Origin: an uncultured Oscillospiraceae bacterium
Lineage (GTDB): Bacteria > Bacillota > Clostridia > Oscillospirales > Oscillospiraceae
DNA length: 43,300 nucleotides
NCBI GenBank assembly: GCA_964544345.1
Contig: CAZJBT010000002.1
Span: forward strand, 1 to 43,300
Direction: 5' to 3'
Positions 42,389 to 43,300 of this stretch are shown piece by piece. The notes below the pieces were generated by a model, which saw only the letters and a list, made by a program, of their open reading frames with translations, did no database searches and had not been told where the DNA came from. Numbering within the stretch: the first letter of the stretch is position 1; each line of letters opens with the position of its first letter. The position numbers and the translations under genes are program-made.

Positions 42389-42406
42389 GGTTAGCAAGAG
42401 CTAACC
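42389..42406. promoter_or_regulatory. Operator-like palindrome GGTTAGC-aaga-GCTAACC at the predicted feo transcription start
   Basis: Perfect 7-4-7 inverted repeat beginning 8 nt after the -10. A second copy of the GTTAGC/GCTAAC dyad lies at 42982-42997. Confidence 0.5.
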
Positions 42407-42464
42407 AAAGATAGCTTTTACAGTTGGCAAGAGAATGAACGGCGGAGTTAAAGAAGGTGTGCGA

Positions 42465-42677
42465 ATGATGCCGCTTACATTTGCAGGCGTAGGCGAAGAG
42501 CATGTGATCCGGAAGATCGGCGGGAAGCCGGAGGTCAAAAAACATCTGGAGAATCTGGGCTTCGTGGTCGGTACCGGCGTGTCCATCATCAACATGATCG
42601 GCGGCAATGTCATCGTCAAGGTGAAGGAAGCGCGCGTGGCGATCAGCCAGGAGATGGCGCAGAAAATCATGATTTGA
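42465..42677 (+). CDS. feoA: FeoA-family ferrous iron transport protein
   Basis: Small SH3-like protein of about 70 aa (V.KI.G......L..LGF..G..V......GG..IV.V...R.AI). ATG 42465 behind a GAAGGTG RBS is preferred over 42435. Confidence 0.8.
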   Translation: MMPLTFAGVGEEHVIRKIGGKPEVKKHLENLGFVVGTGVSIINMIGGNVIVKVKEARVAISQEMAQKIMI

Positions 42678-42714
42678 CTTTTCGCTGGATACATTTGAAG
42701 AAGGAGGAAGAGGC

Positions 42715-42936
42715 ATGAAGACACTTCGGCAGGCTAAGATCGGGGATACCGTCAAGGTCGTGAAGCTCCACGGCGAGGGCGCGGTCAAGCGCCGCATCAT
42801 GGATATGGGCATCACGAAGGGCGTGGAGGTCTATATCCGCAAGGTCGCCCCGCTGGGCGATCCGGTAGAGGTCACAGTTCGCGGCTATGAGCTGTCCATC
42901 CGCAAGGCGGACGCTGACATGATCGAGGTCGAGTAA
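42715..42936 (+). CDS. feoA: FeoA-family ferrous iron transport protein (second copy)
   Basis: 73 aa, L..A..GDTVKVVKL.GEG..KRR.MDMGITKG.EV......APLGDP.EV.VRGYELS.RK..A. A GAAGGAGG RBS lies upstream. Confidence 0.85.
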   Translation: MKTLRQAKIGDTVKVVKLHGEGAVKRRIMDMGITKGVEVYIRKVAPLGDPVEVTVRGYELSIRKADADMIEVE

Positions 42937-42981
42937 GCAGACCGGACAAGGGGCGCAAGCCCTGCATTTTTGCACCATAGT

Positions 42982-42997
42982 GTTAGCGAGCGCTAAC
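42982..42997. promoter_or_regulatory. Second GTTAGC-gagc-GCTAAC palindrome, upstream of feoB
   Basis: Perfect inverted repeat 18 nt upstream of the feoB start, just before its RBS. Confidence 0.45.
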
Positions 42998-43014
42998 GGA
43001 AGGAGAGGTAACCT

Positions 43015-43300
43015 ATGGAATTGAGAATTGCTCTGGCGGGCAACCCGAACTGCGGCAAGACGACGCTGTTCAACGCCCTGACCGGCGCGAACCAGTACGT
43101 GGGCAACTGGCCCGGCGTTACGGTTGAAAAAAAGGAAGGCAAGCTGAAAAAGCACACGGATGTCACGATCACCGACTTGCCTGGTATTTACTCGCTTTCG
43201 CCCTACACGCTTGAGGAGGTCGTCGCGCGGAATTACCTGATCGGCGAGCGCCCCGACGCGATCTTGAACATCGTCGACGGCACGAACCTGGAGCGCAACC
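43015..43300 (+). CDS. feoB: Ferrous iron transporter FeoB, N-terminal G-domain (runs off the 3' edge)
   Basis: IALAGNPNCGKTTLFNALTG..Q.VGNWPGVTVEKKEG...... is the FeoB GTPase G1/G2 region. A GGAAGGAGAGG RBS lies upstream. Confidence 0.9.
   Translation, partial: MELRIALAGNPNCGKTTLFNALTGANQYVGNWPGVTVEKKEGKLKKHTDVTITDLPGIYSLSPYTLEEVVARNYLIGERPDAILNIVDGTNLERN

Overview
This is a GC-rich chromosomal segment with Firmicutes/Clostridia-like signals: GGAGG ribosome-binding sites, TGnTATAAT extended -10 promoters and lipoprotein binding proteins. I saw no rRNA, tRNA, CRISPR array, transposase or integrase. All functions are inferred from motifs and remembered family sequences, because no database search was possible.

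The window is packed with flavin-dependent reductases and hydrolases that look aimed at plant-polyphenol or aromatic substrates:
- Four large 2,4-dienoyl-CoA-reductase/Old-Yellow-Enzyme-type flavoproteins with FMN, 4Fe-4S and FAD/NAD domains.
- Five soluble fumarate-reductase/KstD-type FAD flavoproteins. One is fused to a 2x[4Fe-4S] ferredoxin domain and translationally coupled to a GltD/NfnB-like NAD(P)H subunit.
- A confident intracellular tannase homologue and a phloretin/DAPG-hydrolase-like protein.
- An HSL-type esterase, an amidohydrolase-2 (ACMSD-type decarboxylase) protein and a family-I CoA-transferase.
- Four LysR regulators, one HxlR regulator and one membrane-tethered XRE regulator.
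- One Opp/Dpp-type ABC translocon with a fused double ATPase, served by three separate family-5 lipoprotein binding proteins.

The flanks hold the end of a polar amino-acid ABC transporter, whose permease frame carries an in-frame TAG at a conserved Tyr, and a feoA-feoA-feoB iron-uptake operon.

The non-coding features that stand out are:
- A mosaic family of intergenic hairpin modules present in at least three copies.
- A recurring long dyad (ATAGCTG-N5-CAGCTAT core) that overlaps -10 elements upstream of flavoprotein and LysR genes.
- A terminator-like hairpin inside the leader of one flavoprotein gene.
- Paired GTTAGC/GCTAAC palindromes in the feo operon.

The many long ORFs antisense to these genes are GC-driven shadows.
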